Shown piece by piece: positions 17,969 through 26,998 of a DNA stretch of 32,000 bases; position 1 is the first letter of the stretch; each line of letters opens with the position of its first letter. The translations under genes were made by a program, and so were the position numbers. The stretch is from Desulfobulbus propionicus DSM 2032 (lineage in GTDB: Bacteria > Desulfobacterota > Desulfobulbia > Desulfobulbales > Desulfobulbaceae). The DNA lies in assembly GCF_000186885.1 (NCBI RefSeq), contig NC_014972.1, forward strand, positions 1,620,001 through 1,652,000, in the 5' to 3' direction. The notes below the pieces were generated by a model. It saw nothing but the letters and a program-made list of their open reading frames with translations, was not told the DNA's origin and did no database searches.

Positions 17969-19681
17969 ATGTGCTGCTTTGCTCTGATCAGACGGCTGAG
18001 TGTCTGGATTCTGACCGTTCTTAGTATTTTTGCATTTATACCGGCATTAGCCGCCGCCACTAGTGCCTCTATTTCTATCAGCGGGCAGGAGGGTGCGCTC
18101 CCCCTGCAAGCATCAGGTGAATTCAGCGAATACACTTTTTGTGACGGAGCTCACCCGCCCAACTGCTGGACAGATAATTCAGGATCATTGACGGTTCGCC
18201 AAACATTCCCGAGCGGCGGTACCTATTCCATAGGAAGCAAATCCGGCAAAGGTTCGGCTGACTGGTCCACCACCTTAGATACCGGTGCCATGGCCCAGGG
18301 GACACACACATTTGTCGCAACAGCTTGCGACGTAAAAGGAAATTGCAGTTCTAACTCCCAAAGTATCACAATCGACAACACGCCGGCAGTAACGAGCACT
18401 GTAAGCAAAACGGAAGGTGAGCTTGATATCAAGGGAACCGTAGATTTCAAAGAATATGTCGGCGGCAATGAAGGATCCGTTACCCTTTATCACATATACC
18501 CTAACAACTCATATGCATATCGGATCCAGAGCAAATCCTTTGAAGGAACAAACGTCATAAACTGGACCTATCAGGAGATTGTTGGAGCCATTGCCGATGG
18601 GGGATCATGGGCACAAGGAAAGCACATCATTCGAGCCGTCGCCACAGCACACAATGGCGCCTCAACTTCTATTGATATCCCCATCACCATCGATAACACC
18701 CCGGAGGTTACGGGTTCAGCCAATAAAGTTGAAGGTGATCTCAATATTAAGGGGACAGTCGATTTCAAGGAATACGTCAGCGGCAATGAAGGATCCGTTA
18801 CCCTTTATCACATATACCCTAACAACTCATATGCATATCGGATCCAGAGCAAATCTTTTGAAGGAACAAACGTCATAAACTGGACCTATCAGGAGATTGT
18901 TGGAGCCATTGCCGATGGGGGATCATGGGCACAAGGAAAGCACATCATTCGAGCCGTCGCCACAGCACACAATGGCGCCTCAACTTCTATTGATATCCCC
19001 ATCACCATCGATAACACCCCGGAGGTTACGGGTTCAGCCAATAAAGCTGAAGGCGATCTCGACATTAAGGGAACAGTCGATTTCAAGGAATACGTCAGCG
19101 GCAATGAAGGATCCGTCACCCTCTATCACATATACCCTAACAACTCATATGCATATCGGATCCAGAGCAAATCCTTTGAAGGAACAAACGTCATAAACTG
19201 GACCTATCAGGAGATTGTTGGAGCCATTGCCGATGGGGGATCATGGGCACAAGGAAAGCACATCATTCGAGCCGTCGCCACAGCACACAATGGCGCCTCA
19301 ACTTCTATTGATATCCTCATCACCATCGACAACACGCCGGAGGTAAAAATCATCGGTCCTCGATGTTATGCCGACCTCACCTGTGACATTCTGGGCACGG
19401 TGCAATTCAAGGAATATGTCGGTGGAGCCGAGGGGAGCGTCACGCTGTATCTGAAGGATGTCAGCGCCTCCAGCTACAGCAGTTACGGCAGCAAGAGCTA
19501 TGAGGGAACGAGCATCAACTGGAAATATGCCGACTTCGCCGGAGCCCGGATAAGCAAGGCGACCTGGGGTGGCAGAGAACTGATGGTGCAGGTGGTGGCC
19601 AAGGCCGCCAACGGCGCCACGATGACCAGCTGGCAATACTTGATGATTCCGGCGCTTGGCTGCCCAATCCCGTTACGGTAA
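17969..19681 (+). CDS. secreted protein with ~106-aa tandem repeats
   Basis: MCCFALIRRLSVWILTVLSIFAFIPALAAATSASISISGQEG... signal-like, then repeats ITIDNTPEVTGSANKxEGDLxIKGTVDFKEYVSGNEGSVTLYHIYPNNSYAYRIQSKSFEGTNVINWTYQEIVGAIADGGSWAQGKHIIRAVATAHNGASTSIDIP. SD CAAGG before ATG 17969. Confidence 0.85.
   Translation: MCCFALIRRLSVWILTVLSIFAFIPALAAATSASISISGQEGALPLQASGEFSEYTFCDGAHPPNCWTDNSGSLTVRQTFPSGGTYSIGSKSGKGSADWSTTLDTGAMAQGTHTFVATACDVKGNCSSNSQSITIDNTPAVTSTVSKTEGELDIKGTVDFKEYVGGNEGSVTLYHIYPNNSYAYRIQSKSFEGTNVINWTYQEIVGAIADGGSWAQGKHIIRAVATAHNGASTSIDIPITIDNTPEVTGSANKVEGDLNIKGTVDFKEYVSGNEGSVTLYHIYPNNSYAYRIQSKSFEGTNVINWTYQEIVGAIADGGSWAQGKHIIRAVATAHNGASTSIDIPITIDNTPEVTGSANKAEGDLDIKGTVDFKEYVSGNEGSVTLYHIYPNNSYAYRIQSKSFEGTNVINWTYQEIVGAIADGGSWAQGKHIIRAVATAHNGASTSIDILITIDNTPEVKIIGPRCYADLTCDILGTVQFKEYVGGAEGSVTLYLKDVSASSYSSYGSKSYEGTSINWKYADFAGARISKATWGGRELMVQVVAKAANGATMTSWQYLMIPALGCPIPLR
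18365..19318 (+). repeat. three in-frame 318-bp tandem repeats (degenerate partial units flank them)
   Basis: Equivalent ATCACMAT positions at 18365, 18683, 19001 and 19319: exactly 318 nt (106 codons) apart; middle units almost identical at DNA level. Confidence 0.92.
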
Positions 19682-19703
19682 CCATTTCCTATCGATAACG
19701 GTC

Positions 19704-22700
19704 ATGAAACGCTTCTTTCGCCCCATACAGTGTTTGCTCCTCTGCCTCGGGATCCTCCTTGCCGCGATCCCCTCCCTTGCCGGCAGCAACCCGTTTATTT
19801 CCAATCACGGTATCAACTTCTCCACTGGCAACAAGTTTATCCGTGAACGCGACGTCAGCCTGGCCGGGCCGGTGGAGCCGCTCAACTTCTCCCGTTACTA
19901 CAACAGCCAGAGCAAGGAGGACACGAGCTTTGGCTACGGCTGGTCATTCTCCGAGCTTGAGTCCCTGCAGATCGAGACCGGTCTTGAACTGATCGTCTAC
20001 ATCCGTACCGACGGCCACCTGCTGCACTTCACCGCCAACGGCACGACCGACCAGTGGGCCAATGAAGTCGGCCCCCGGGCACTGATCACCAAGACCGAGG
20101 AAGGCTACCTGCTGCGCCTGCCCGATGGACGCGCCCGGCAGTTCAACTTCGCGGGACAACTCCTTTTCCGGAAAGACGCCAACGGCAACCAGATCAACTA
20201 CACCCATGAAGGAAAGAATCTCAAGAGCATTACCGATAACTTCGGCCGGACTCTGAGTCTGGGGTACAACGAGGCGGGCAAGGTTGCCACGCTCACCGCT
20301 CCAATCGGTGTGTTCACCTACGCCTATGACTCCAACGGCAATCTGGTTTCCGTCACCCGCCCCGACGGCAAGCAGCGCACCTATCTCTACGAAAACGCCA
20401 CCAATCCGCATTGCCTGACCGGCATTGTCGACGAAACCGGCATTCGTGTGCTCACCGCTACCTACGACACCATGGGCCGGGTCGTTACCTCGGCCTTCGC
20501 CAACAACCGTGAGAAGGTGACCATTGCCTATCAGGCGGGTTTCAAGCGGGTGATCACCGACAGCCTGGGAGCCGTCACCACCTACCAGCTCGAATCCTGG
20601 AATGGCGTGGCCCAAGTCAAGTCGTTCACCGGTCCCGGTTGTTCCTCCTGCGGGTCCGACAGCGCCAGCCAATACACCTACGACCTGCGCCAACAGGTGC
20701 TTTCGCAAACCGACGCACGGGGCGTTACCAGCACCTACGCCTATGACGAACAGGGCAACCGGATCCGCGAGACCCGCGCCATCGGGACCGCCCAGGAATA
20801 TACGACCACCACCACCTACACGCCCAATTTTGACAAACCGGCGACCATCACCGAACCATCGACAGGCAACCCCGGGCAGTACAAGGTGACGTCCTTCTCC
20901 TATGACGCGGCGGGCAACCCGCTTACCCGCACGGAAACGGGATACAACGCCAGTGGAGCGATCAGCCGAACAACCACCACCGTCTATGACAGCCTGGGTC
21001 GCATCGTCTCCATCGACGGACCAAGAACCGATGTCAACGACATCATCACCTTGAGCTATTATGACAACACCCCGGGCCAGAGACTCAACCGGGGCTTTCT
21101 CCGCAGCGTCACCAATGCCGCTGGTCACCAGGTGGTATTCAGCGACTACAACAACCAGGGACTGCCCGGACAAATCACCGATGCCAACGGGCAAACAACC
21201 CTGCTTGCCTACAATGCGCAAGGCCGCCTCATCGAACGGCAGAGCAGCGGCCGTGTCACCCAATACCGCTACAACGACGCCGGCGCCTTGACGTCCGTGA
21301 TTCTTCCCGGCAACCGCACCCTCTCCTACAGCTATAACGCTGCCGGTCAAGTGGCTCAGGTCACCGACCAAATCGGCAACACCATTAGTTATGACTATGA
21401 CAGTGAAGGCCGCGTGCTGCGCCGGGAAGTTCGCGACCCGGAGGGCAACCTGACCACCGCGCTCTCCGCCGAATATGACCAGGCCGGCCGGATCCTCAAG
21501 CTGACCCATCCCGACGGCAGCAACGAGCAACGCAGCTATGACCAGACGGGCAATCTGACGGAACTGACCAACGGCCTGGGACAAACATCCGCCTACAGTT
21601 ATGACGTCCTGAACCACATGAGCGCGGCGGATGAACCAGCCGGCAATGTCAGCTTCCGTTACGATCTCCACGGCAACCTGAGCGCTGTCACCGACGCAAA
21701 AGGCAGAACAACCCGGTACACGTATGATGATTTCGGCAACCGGGTTGCCGAGGTCTCACCGGATACCGGCACGGTCACCATGCGCTATGACGCCGCCGGC
21801 AACCTGATCGAGAAAACCGACGCCAACACTATCACCGTCTCCTACGTCTATGATGCGCTCAACCGGTTAACCGGGATCTTCTATCCGGATAACGCGCTGA
21901 ACGTGGCGTACACCTACGATGCCGGAAGCAACGGCAAGGGCCGGTTGACCGCTGTGCGCGACAACAGCAGCAGTTATGGCTTCAAATACAACGCCTTTGG
22001 CGAATTGAGCGCCGAGACCGCCGCCATCACCGACCACACCTTCACCACCAACTACAGCTACAATGACAACGGCGAGCTGGTGGCCGTTACTTATCCCAGC
22101 GGCCGGATCGTCACCTCCGAGCGCGACGCCGCCGGCAACGTCACCGCGATCCGCAGTGTCTACCAGGGGCAAACCAGTATCGTCGCCGAGAGCATCGCCC
22201 GTCTGCCCTTCGGCCCTCCCACGGCCATGACCCTGGGAAACGGCCTGTCCGTGGCTTCAACCTACGATCAACTCTACCGCCTGACGTCCATACAAGCCGG
22301 CGGACTCATGCACCGGAGCTACAGCTATAACGCGATCAGCCAGGTAACCGCCATCGCCGACCAGCTGGCCAGCGCCAAATCCCAAACCTTTGCCTACGAC
22401 GAGGCCAGCCGCCTGCTCTCCGCTCAAGGCGTCTACGGAGCAATCAACTATACCTATGATGAGGCCGGCAACCGATTGACCAGCGTCCAGGACGGGGCCA
22501 CCTCAACCTATACCTATGCCCAATCCAGCAATCGATTGCAGCGTATCCAGGGTGCCGAGTCCATTGACTACAGCTACGACGCGGCCGGCAACCCGCTCAG
22601 CAAGGGCAACCAGGCCTACACCTGGAACCAGGAGAACCGGCTGGCACGGGTCACTCTCAACAACGCGGTGGCCGGCCAATACAGCTACGACTTCCGGGGG

Positions 22701-25700
22701 TTGCGAAAAACAGCCGTCACCACAGCCGGCACGACCCTGTTTCTGCACGATCCGAGCGGTAACCTGCTGGCCGAGGCCGATATCCAGGGGACCATCCTGC
22801 GGGAATATGTCTACCTCGATGGCCAGCGGTTGAGTGCGTTTGACTATACCGCCCTGCCCGCGTTCGCCGTCACCGTGACCACTTCGTCCGGGGTTGTTGT
22901 CGAGGGGGTTCAGGCCTATGCCTTTGACGAGCAGAACCAATACACCAATCTCCATGTCGCCACTGACGCCGAGGGCAAGGCGACGTTCAATCGCGATGAC
23001 TTTGGCGAGGGCGCATACCGGTTCCGGGTCGATTACCTGGGGCATCAGTTGTGGACCGAACCGGTGACGGTCAAGACCAGCCAGGGTGTCAGCCTGGTGA
23101 TCAGCGAGACGCCAGTCGCCGTGCAGGTACCGACAAGCGATGCCACCCAGGCCGGCGCCACGGTTTACGTGTTCAGCGAATCGGGTGAATACCTGGGAAT
23201 TTCCGGGACCATTGACGAAACGGGCAAGGTCTCGTTCACCCTGCCCGTGGGAGGCAAATACACGTTCCGCACGGAACTCTTCGGCCAGCTGTACAGCAGC
23301 GCCCTGACCACGGCGGCTGCCGGGGCCTCGGTCACGGTCGATTCCGGTGGCGGGGTTCTCACCGTACAACTCGCCGATGACGCCAGTGCGATCCTTTCGG
23401 GGATCAAGACCACGCTCCACAGTTCAGGGGGGGCCTACCTGGGCCTCACCCGGACCAGCGATACCACCGGTAAGGTCAGCTATACCATGCCTTCCGGGAG
23501 CTATCTGCTCAAGGCCGAGTTCCTGGGCTATCCGTTCTGGAGCACCACGCTGAGTGTCACCTCCGACACGGCCGCCACCCTCACCATTCCCCGCCGTGAC
23601 CTCACCGCGCGCGTAACCCTGCAATACGAGGGTGCGGCCACGCCACTGAGCTCGGTGCCCTGCACCCTCTTCACCCCTGAAGGGGTGGAATTGGGCCAGC
23701 AGCGGAGCACCAATACCCAGGGCGAGGCCATATTTTCCGTGCCGCAAAAGCCTTACCGGATCAAGGCCACCTATCTGGCCCAGGAATATTGGTCGGCCGA
23801 CGTGACCTGGGAAAACGCTCCCATCGTCATCGCCGGCGGCAAGGCGGTGGTCAATACGACCAACAACGGCATGCCGCTGGCAGGGGCCACCCTGCGGGTG
23901 TATACCGCCACGGGGACCGATACCGGCATAACAGCTCTGACCGACAGCGAGGGAAAAACCACGTTCACCCTGCCCGGAGGTTCGTACCGTTTCCAGGCGA
24001 CCCATGAAGGCCAACTGTTCTGGAGCGGGAATCTGACCGTCACGCCCGACCAGACCATCCACACCACTATCTCCACCGGTGGCGGTTCCTATGTGCTGAA
24101 CGTGACCAACGGAACAGCGGGGATCGCCGGGGTCAAGACCATGCTGTTCTCGGCCTCCGGCTCCTACCTCAGTCAGTCGGTCACCACCTCCAGCACCGGC
24201 GAGGCGGCGTACAACCTGGCCGATGGCAGTTACCGGGTCACAGCCAATTACCTGGGGTATGAGTACAGCACCGATCCGTTCACCGTGCCCCTGATCGCCT
24301 CCCAGACCCTGGCCATTCCCCACCTGGCCCACACGGTCTCGGTGGTCCGGAGTTACCAGAACGATCGCGTCCCCCTGGCCAACATCGAGGCCACCCTGTG
24401 CTCCGTGGACGGATCCCCGCTGGCGCTCACCGTCGCCACCGGCACCGACGGCACCCTGCAATGGAGTCTGCCGGCACAGGCCTATGCGGTTCAGGCGCGC
24501 TATCTGGGGCGAACCTATCTCAGCTCGACCTTCACCAACGATGACCCTACCGTACTCATCCCCGAAGGCCTGGCCAGGGTGACGCTCCTTCAAGGCGGGA
24601 CAGCCCTGGCGAACACCCAGGTCCTTGCTATCAGCGAGAGTGATCCCGATCATCCCAAAAGCCTGATCACCAACGACAGTGGCGTGGCTGAATTCCGGCT
24701 GCCGGCCGGTTCCTACACCTTCAAGGCGACTCTGGGCGAAACCGTATACCAGGGTATCGGCACAGTCGTTGCTGATCAGATCACCAACGTCACACTCAAT
24801 CTGGGGACAAGTACCCTGTCGATCACCGTGCGCACGAACGAAACCACCGTCCTGCCTGGCGTTGTCTGCTCTCTCTATACAGCCGAAGGCGAACCGCTCA
24901 ACCGCAGCGCCACCACCGATGGTTCCGGCGTGGCCTCCTTTGCGGTGGAGGCCGGGACCTATCGAGTCAAGGCCTGGCATCTGGGCTATGACTTCACCAG
25001 CGAGGTGATCGAAACACCGGTGGTTCTCTCTGCCAGCCTGACCATCCCCCATCGCGATCTAGCCGTCCACGTGCTCAAGGATCAGGGGGACGGCGTGGAA
25101 CCGGTCTCCGGGCTGCGCTGTTATCTCTACTCCCTGGGCGAAGGCGAGGGGCTGAACGCCACCGAACTCCATGCCGACAGCGACGATCAGGGCATGGTTC
25201 ATTTTGTGGTGCCCGAGGAGCGGGCCTATTACGCCGTGGCCACCTTGCTCGGCCGCGAGTTCATCAGCGTGGAAAGCGAGGGCCAGGCCACCCTGACCAT
25301 CGAGCTGGGCACGATGACGGTTACCGTGCGCGACGACAGTGCGGTCACCGAGACCAATCCCGATGGTTTGGTACAGGGAGCAGTGGTGACGCTCTACACC
25401 AATGAAGGGACAGCCCTGGGCCAGGAACTGAGCACCGGGGCCGACGGCCAGGTCTGCTTCACCCTGCCCGAGGGCAGCTACAGACTGCGCGTCGGCTATA
25501 ACGATCAGCAGTTCTGGAGCGGGGTGATCAATACCTATCCCCTGGGCGACACGCCGGTGGAAATGATCAATGGCTCCGGCGGAATACTGAGCCGGCTGCA
25601 CGATCCCCATCCCTCCCTCTGGCACGGAACACCGCCGCAATACCGGCCACTATTGGCCCTGGCCTCAGGCTCGCTGGCCGGGATGCTGACCACCACGTCA

Positions 25701-26483
25701 ACACCCGTTGCCGCCACACCCCAGGTGGTCTATTATCTCAACGATCACCTGGGCACAGCGCAACTGCTCGTCGACGCCGCAGGGACCGTGATCTGGCAGG
25801 GTGACACCCAGCCCTTTGGCCAGGTGACTGAGGTGATTAACCAGATCGACCACCGGTTCCGCTTCCCCGGCCAGATGGTTGATCCTGAGAGCGGGTTGTA
25901 TTACAACTGGAACAGGTTCTATGATACTTCCACCGGGCGATACCTATCTCCTGATCCGATTGGGTTGGATGGGGGGATGAATTTTTATGCTTATGTCGGA
26001 GGGGATCCGGTCAACTGGGTGGATCCGTGGGGATTGGCAAAATGCACTTATTCAATATCAAAACACACGTTGATTTGTGTTTCAAATACTACAGATGATA
26101 TAAATTTTATAGGTCCTCACGAGCAAAGGCAAGTTGGGCCTGAAGGTGTTTTTTCTGGTCAAGGTGAATGCCAAGATGTTCCTTCTGACGAATGCACTGA
26201 TGACAAATACAATGGTCCAATTGTACCAGGTAACTATAATATAAATGAAGACAATAGACCTGGTCATAATGATTGGTTCAGGTTAGAGCCATCACCAAAA
26301 ATTCCCGGTTGGAAGGTCCTGTCAGGATTAGAACGAGGTGGTTTCGCATTTCACCTTGGAAGCAGGTCGGCTGGTTGCATAAATGCGAATAAAAATAATC
26401 AAGAAACGGTACAACAGTTTAGAAATTTACAGAATTTGATAAAACGAGAAAGTGGTTCCAACACTTTAAAGGTTGGGCCATGA
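19704..26483 (+). CDS. secreted RHS/YD-repeat polymorphic toxin with Ig/CnaB-like repeat insertion and Tlde1/L,D-transpeptidase-like C-terminal domain
   Basis: Signal-like MKRFFRPIQCLLLCLGILLAAIPSLAG; NPFISNHGINFSTGNKFIRERDVSLAGPVEPLNFSRYYNSQS; many YDxxGNL-type repeats; RHS core YYLNDHLGTAQLLVD...PFGQV...RFPGQMVDPESGLYYNWNRFYDTSTGRYLSPDPIGLDGGMNFYAYVGGDPVNWVDPWGL; then variable C-terminus. Confidence 0.93.
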   Translation: MKRFFRPIQCLLLCLGILLAAIPSLAGSNPFISNHGINFSTGNKFIRERDVSLAGPVEPLNFSRYYNSQSKEDTSFGYGWSFSELESLQIETGLELIVYIRTDGHLLHFTANGTTDQWANEVGPRALITKTEEGYLLRLPDGRARQFNFAGQLLFRKDANGNQINYTHEGKNLKSITDNFGRTLSLGYNEAGKVATLTAPIGVFTYAYDSNGNLVSVTRPDGKQRTYLYENATNPHCLTGIVDETGIRVLTATYDTMGRVVTSAFANNREKVTIAYQAGFKRVITDSLGAVTTYQLESWNGVAQVKSFTGPGCSSCGSDSASQYTYDLRQQVLSQTDARGVTSTYAYDEQGNRIRETRAIGTAQEYTTTTTYTPNFDKPATITEPSTGNPGQYKVTSFSYDAAGNPLTRTETGYNASGAISRTTTTVYDSLGRIVSIDGPRTDVNDIITLSYYDNTPGQRLNRGFLRSVTNAAGHQVVFSDYNNQGLPGQITDANGQTTLLAYNAQGRLIERQSSGRVTQYRYNDAGALTSVILPGNRTLSYSYNAAGQVAQVTDQIGNTISYDYDSEGRVLRREVRDPEGNLTTALSAEYDQAGRILKLTHPDGSNEQRSYDQTGNLTELTNGLGQTSAYSYDVLNHMSAADEPAGNVSFRYDLHGNLSAVTDAKGRTTRYTYDDFGNRVAEVSPDTGTVTMRYDAAGNLIEKTDANTITVSYVYDALNRLTGIFYPDNALNVAYTYDAGSNGKGRLTAVRDNSSSYGFKYNAFGELSAETAAITDHTFTTNYSYNDNGELVAVTYPSGRIVTSERDAAGNVTAIRSVYQGQTSIVAESIARLPFGPPTAMTLGNGLSVASTYDQLYRLTSIQAGGLMHRSYSYNAISQVTAIADQLASAKSQTFAYDEASRLLSAQGVYGAINYTYDEAGNRLTSVQDGATSTYTYAQSSNRLQRIQGAESIDYSYDAAGNPLSKGNQAYTWNQENRLARVTLNNAVAGQYSYDFRGLRKTAVTTAGTTLFLHDPSGNLLAEADIQGTILREYVYLDGQRLSAFDYTALPAFAVTVTTSSGVVVEGVQAYAFDEQNQYTNLHVATDAEGKATFNRDDFGEGAYRFRVDYLGHQLWTEPVTVKTSQGVSLVISETPVAVQVPTSDATQAGATVYVFSESGEYLGISGTIDETGKVSFTLPVGGKYTFRTELFGQLYSSALTTAAAGASVTVDSGGGVLTVQLADDASAILSGIKTTLHSSGGAYLGLTRTSDTTGKVSYTMPSGSYLLKAEFLGYPFWSTTLSVTSDTAATLTIPRRDLTARVTLQYEGAATPLSSVPCTLFTPEGVELGQQRSTNTQGEAIFSVPQKPYRIKATYLAQEYWSADVTWENAPIVIAGGKAVVNTTNNGMPLAGATLRVYTATGTDTGITALTDSEGKTTFTLPGGSYRFQATHEGQLFWSGNLTVTPDQTIHTTISTGGGSYVLNVTNGTAGIAGVKTMLFSASGSYLSQSVTTSSTGEAAYNLADGSYRVTANYLGYEYSTDPFTVPLIASQTLAIPHLAHTVSVVRSYQNDRVPLANIEATLCSVDGSPLALTVATGTDGTLQWSLPAQAYAVQARYLGRTYLSSTFTNDDPTVLIPEGLARVTLLQGGTALANTQVLAISESDPDHPKSLITNDSGVAEFRLPAGSYTFKATLGETVYQGIGTVVADQITNVTLNLGTSTLSITVRTNETTVLPGVVCSLYTAEGEPLNRSATTDGSGVASFAVEAGTYRVKAWHLGYDFTSEVIETPVVLSASLTIPHRDLAVHVLKDQGDGVEPVSGLRCYLYSLGEGEGLNATELHADSDDQGMVHFVVPEERAYYAVATLLGREFISVESEGQATLTIELGTMTVTVRDDSAVTETNPDGLVQGAVVTLYTNEGTALGQELSTGADGQVCFTLPEGSYRLRVGYNDQQFWSGVINTYPLGDTPVEMINGSGGILSRLHDPHPSLWHGTPPQYRPLLALASGSLAGMLTTTSTPVAATPQVVYYLNDHLGTAQLLVDAAGTVIWQGDTQPFGQVTEVINQIDHRFRFPGQMVDPESGLYYNWNRFYDTSTGRYLSPDPIGLDGGMNFYAYVGGDPVNWVDPWGLAKCTYSISKHTLICVSNTTDDINFIGPHEQRQVGPEGVFSGQGECQDVPSDECTDDKYNGPIVPGNYNINEDNRPGHNDWFRLEPSPKIPGWKVLSGLERGGFAFHLGSRSAGCINANKNNQETVQQFRNLQNLIKRESGSNTLKVGP
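22855..25720 (+). repeat. about 11 tandem ~80-aa Ig/carboxypeptidase-regulatory-like units within the RHS ORF
   Basis: Recurring pattern GVxxxLxxxxGxxxxxxxTxxxGxxxFxLPxGxYxxxAxYLGxxxWSxxxxV, e.g. LPSGSYLLKAEFLGYPFWSTTLSV, LPGGSYRFQATHEGQLFWSGNLTV, LPEGSYRLRVGYNDQQFWSGVINT. Confidence 0.8.
26036..26483 (+). other. variable C-terminal toxin domain 1: Tlde1/DUF2778-like L,D-transpeptidase fold
   Basis: Follows VDPWGL junction; GPIVPGNYNI ... DWFRLEPSP ... GGFAFHLGSRSAGCINAN (H-x-x-x-S-x-G-C-I type active-site motif). Confidence 0.7.
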
Positions 26484-26935
26484 AAGTCGTCAAGCGAATA
26501 ATCATAATGTTATCTTTAAGCTTAGTTGTATTAATGCTAAGTTTTTTATTAAAAAATTATGTGTTTGATAAAGCAATCTTACACTTAAAGGAAGAAAATC
26601 ATGAATATGCTCTTTATTATTTGAAGCCATTGGCATTTGTTGGGTATTCTGAAGCGCAAAAAATTCTTGGTGAATGTTTTGCTTTTGGCCATGGTGTTGA
26701 AAAAAACAAGGAAAAAGCTAAATACTGGTTAAGACGTGCTCATGATGGCAGTGACTGTAACAGCGATCGATGTATCGCTGCCGATTTATATTTTATCGGT
26801 GAAAATTATTTAGAAGGAGTTGGTGTTGAGATTAATCGTGAAGAAGCTATGAATTGGATTAAAATGGCGGCAGATAACGGCTACCCCAAGGCTGTTGAAT
26901 ATATGTCTCAACCCCGGAGCCCTGAAGCTCGATAG
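26480..26935 (+). CDS. membrane-anchored Sel1-repeat protein, candidate immunity protein for toxin domain 1
   Basis: ATGA overlap with RHS stop; N-terminal TM IIIMLSLSLVVLMLSFLLKNYVF; Sel1 units AQKILGECFAFGHGVEKNKEKAKYWLRRAHD and ADLYFIGENYLEGVGVEINREEAMNWIKMAADNGYPKAVEYM. Confidence 0.75.
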   Translation: MKVVKRIIIMLSLSLVVLMLSFLLKNYVFDKAILHLKEENHEYALYYLKPLAFVGYSEAQKILGECFAFGHGVEKNKEKAKYWLRRAHDGSDCNSDRCIAADLYFIGENYLEGVGVEINREEAMNWIKMAADNGYPKAVEYMSQPRSPEAR

Positions 26936-26998
26936 CTTGAAATTAGGGGAGGCACCAAGATGTTTCTCTCCCACCTGGCGCTCACCCACCAGCGGCAA

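Noticed and set aside
18223-19119. Short repeated minus-strand and alternative-frame ORFs (MPLTYSLKSTVPLI..., MLEPLPMGDHGHKES...)
   Set aside because: Out-of-frame readings of the 318-bp tandem repeats.
18365-19318. CRISPR-like array
   Set aside because: Units are contiguous 318-bp in-frame coding repeats without spacers; no cas genes nearby.
19944-25640. Long minus-strand ORFs (e.g. 19944-21671, 22503-23420, 23424-25052) and their paralogues at 26982-28079 and 28946-30124
   Set aside because: Shadow ORFs on the GC-rich RHS coding region; repeated because the sense strand is duplicated, not because of a real antisense gene family.
19704-26483. Type VI secretion-delivered RHS effector
   Set aside because: No PAAR, VgrG or Eag component and a Sec-like signal peptide at the N-terminus, so a T6SS assignment is not supported by this window.
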